From positions 268 through 64,267 of the forward strand of contig JAXGQJ010000010.1 in NCBI GenBank assembly GCA_040766505.1: a stretch of DNA of 64,000 nucleotides, read 5' to 3'. The stretch is from Clostridiales bacterium (GTDB lineage: Bacteria > Bacillota > Dehalobacteriia > UBA7702). Numbering within the stretch: the first letter of the stretch is position 1; every line of letters begins with the position of its first letter. Shown here in pieces: positions 61,216 through 64,000 of this stretch. The notes under the pieces are model-generated. The model did not search any database. It saw only the letters and a list, made by a program, of their open reading frames with translations, and was not told the DNA's origin. The translations under genes and the position numbers were made by a program.

Positions 61216-64000
61216 ATGCCTTTAAGAAAAGATTTATATAAAGTATTGGTGATCGGTTCCGGCCCCATTATCATAGGCCAGGCGGCGGAGTTTGACTATG
61301 CCGGTACCCAAGCCTGCCGGGCTTTAAAAGAGGAAAGGTACCTGAGGTGATCCTCGTCAATTCCAATCCCGCCACCATCATGACAGACGTTCATATCGCC
61401 GACCATATTTACCTGGAACCGATTACCCCGGAATTTTTAGGAGCGGATCATCGCCAAAGAGCGGCCCCAGGGCCTGTTGCCCACTTTGGGCGGGCAGGTG
61501 GGGCTGAACATGGCGATGGAATTGGCCCAAAGCGGCGTTTGGCCCGGTACAATGTTGAGCTTCTCGGCACCCCCCTCGCCACGATTCGAAAGGCGGAGGA
61601 CCGGGAGGAATTTAAAGCCATGATGGAGCGCATTCAAGAACCGGTGCCGGAAAGCGCCATCGTTTCCAGCGTTGAAGCGGCCATCGAATTTGCCGATCGT
61701 CTCGGTTATCCCGTCATCGTCCGGCCCGCTTATACCCTGGGCGGTACCGGCGGCGGCTGCGCCAAAAACCGTGAGGAGCTGGCCCAAATCGCCAACAATG
61801 GCCTGAGCCACAGCATCATCCATCAGGCTCTGGTTGAAAAAAGCGTGGCCGGGTGGAAAGAGATCGAGTTTGAGATGATGCGGGATGGCAGCGGCAATGT
61901 CATTCTCGTTTGCAGCATGGAAAATGTGGATCCGGTGGGTATCCATACCGGGGATTCCATCGTCGTCGCTCCGGCCCAAACCCTGACGAAGCGGGAGATG
62001 GATCGCCTATCGGCTTCCGCCCGGCGGATCATGGATGCGCTGGGCATCGAAGGGGGCTGCAATATCCAGTATGCCGTTGACACCGCCTCCTATGATTACC
62101 ATGTCATCGAGGTAAATCCCCGGGTCAGCCGCTCTTCGGCTTTGGCTTCTAAAGCCACCGGGTACCCCATCGCCCGCATCTCCACGAAAATCGCCGTCGG
62201 CTATCGGCTCGATGAAATCGAAAACGCCCTCACCCGGGCGACCTACGCTTGCAGCGACCCGGTGATCGATTATGTGGTTGTCAAATTCCCTCGCTGGCCC
62301 TTTGATAAATTTGCCGCCGCCGACCGTAAGCTCGGCACGCAAATGAAAGCCACCGGTGAAGTGATGGCCATCGACACCACCTTTGAAGCGGCATTCTTGA
62401 AGGCGGTGCGCTCCTTGGAGTTCGGCTTGATCGGCATCGATTTGCCGTCCCTGCGCTTTTTAAGCGAGGAAGAATTGCTGCAAAAGGTGGCCGCCGGCGA
62501 CGATGAACGGATCTTTGCCGTTGCCGAAGCCCTGCGCCGTGGCGTTTCCATGGAGGAATTGAGCGATCTGACCATGATGGATCCTTTTTTCCTGGCAAAA
62601 TTGCTACATATCGTCGCCTTGGAAAAGGAAATCACCACCGAAGGATTGTCCGACATTCTGCTGGAAAAAGCCAAAAAAATGGGATTTGGCGACGGCTATA
62701 TCGCAAAAATCAGCGATGGCAGCGAAATGGAGATCCGTCAACGCCGCCTCGCTTTGCGTCTGCTGCCCACCTATCGGAAGGTGGACACCTGTGCGGGAGA
62801 GTTTTGTTCCCATGCCAATTATCTTTATTCCACCTATGGCAATGAGGACGAAGTGGAAATCCGGGACCAAAAAAGCCGTGGTCATCGGTTCCGGCCCGGT
62901 TCGCATCGGCCAGGGGTGGAATTTGATTACTGCTCGGTTCACGCGGTGTGGGCTTTGAAGGAGGCGGGTTATGAGGCGATCATCATCAACAACAATCCCG
63001 AAACGGTCTCCACCGACTATGACACCGCCGATAAGCTGTATTTTGAACCGCTGCTCTTAGAGGACGTTCTCAATATACTCGACCGGGAACAGCCCGACGG
63101 CGTGATCGTTCAGTTCGGCGGCCAAACCGCAATCAACCTGGCCCAAGGCATCGCCGCGGCGGGTTATACCATCCTTGGCAGCTCCCTCGACGCCATCGAT
63201 CGGGCGGAAGACCGGAACCGCTTCGATAGCCTCGTGGAGGAATTGGGCATTCCCCGTCCCAAGGGATATACCGTCGCCACGCTGGAAGAGGCATTGCGAG
63301 TCGCCGCTTCCCTCGGCTTTCCGCTTTTGGTGCGCCCCTCCTATGTTTTGGGGGGCCGGGCCATGGAAATCGTCTATACGGAAAAAGAATTGATTCAGTA
63401 TATGAAAACTTCGGTGTTCATCTCCCAAAGGCATCCGGTTCTGATCGACACCTACCTGCTCGGCCAAGAAGTGGATGTGGACGCGATCTCCGATGGGAGG
63501 CGGTATTGATTCCCGGCATTATGGAGCATATTGAACGTTCCGGCGTTCATTCCGGCGACAGCAGCGCCGTTTTTCCCGCCCCAGCATATTCCCGAAGCCT
63601 TGCAGAGAAAAATCGTCGCCGCGACGGTAAACATTGCCCGGGCTTTGCAGGTGAAAGGTTTGCTGAATATCCAGTATGTCATTTTTGAAGGGGAGGTTTT
63701 CGTGATCGAGGTCAATCGTTCCAGCCGCACGGTGCCCTATATCAGCAAGGTGACGGGGATTCCCATGGTGAACATCGCGACAAAGGTTATGCTGGGCCAG
63801 GGCATCGAAGCCCAAGGGTATCCCATCGGGTTATTGCCGGAACCGGGTTTTGTTTCCGTTAAGGTGCCGGTTTTTTCCTTTGGTAAGCTGCATCTGGTGG
63901 AAACTTCCCTCGGGCCGGAAATGAAATCCACCGGTGAAGTGATGGGCCTCGGCAAAACCTTCGCCCTAGCCCTCTCTCAAGGTTACAGCGCCGCCGGCAC
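61216..64000 (+). pseudogene. carB: Carbamoyl-phosphate synthase large subunit, 3' end beyond the window, several phase shifts
   Basis: ATG after aaaggggagggg. [71 protein letters not shown], and a second half with [43 protein letters not shown] and IEVNRSSRTVPYISKVTGIPM. Phase changes lie near 61345, 61440-61530, 62880-62900, 63505 and 63580. Confidence 0.93.

Overview
The window looks like chromosomal DNA from a spore-forming Firmicute of the Clostridia type. The evidence is spoIIGA-sigE, sigG-spoIIR and spoIVA, SLH-anchored surface proteins, a T-box leader on thrS and a PyrR attenuator. I made no database search, so the taxon is an inference. About 57 protein genes are recognisable and most are housekeeping.

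Gene content in order:
- two GLUG-motif surface proteins with their own regulators
- a sigma-54 activator, recQ, T-box-thrS
- an ECF sigma/anti-sigma pair
- a non-Pyl MttB-family methyltransferase, cls, speH, an APC permease
- a 2-oxoacid:ferredoxin oxidoreductase operon with rubrerythrin
- sigG-spoIIR, a two-component system, spoIIGA-sigE
- DUF512-der-plsY-gpsA-comFB-spoIVA
- pduL plus a B12/radical-SAM gene, fchA-folD, lspA-rluD
- a pyrR-pyrB-pyrC-carA-carB operon that runs off the right edge

I found no rRNA, tRNA, CRISPR array, transposase or integrase.

The dominant feature of the sequence as given is that about 30 of these genes are interrupted by 1-nt phase shifts. Every case I resolved by hand sits at an A, G or T homopolymer run. 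The breaks are strongly clustered. I therefore label these genes pseudogene 'as assembled' and regard most breaks as probable consensus indel errors.

The most interesting biological candidates are:
- a CarA whose glutaminase active-site residues are all substituted and which reads in phase into CarB
- an orphan MttB-family gene next to about 770 bp of ORF-free DNA
- a rearranged sporulation sigma cluster
- regulator-linked GLUG surface-protein loci

I did not find a clear, self-contained novel multi-gene system.
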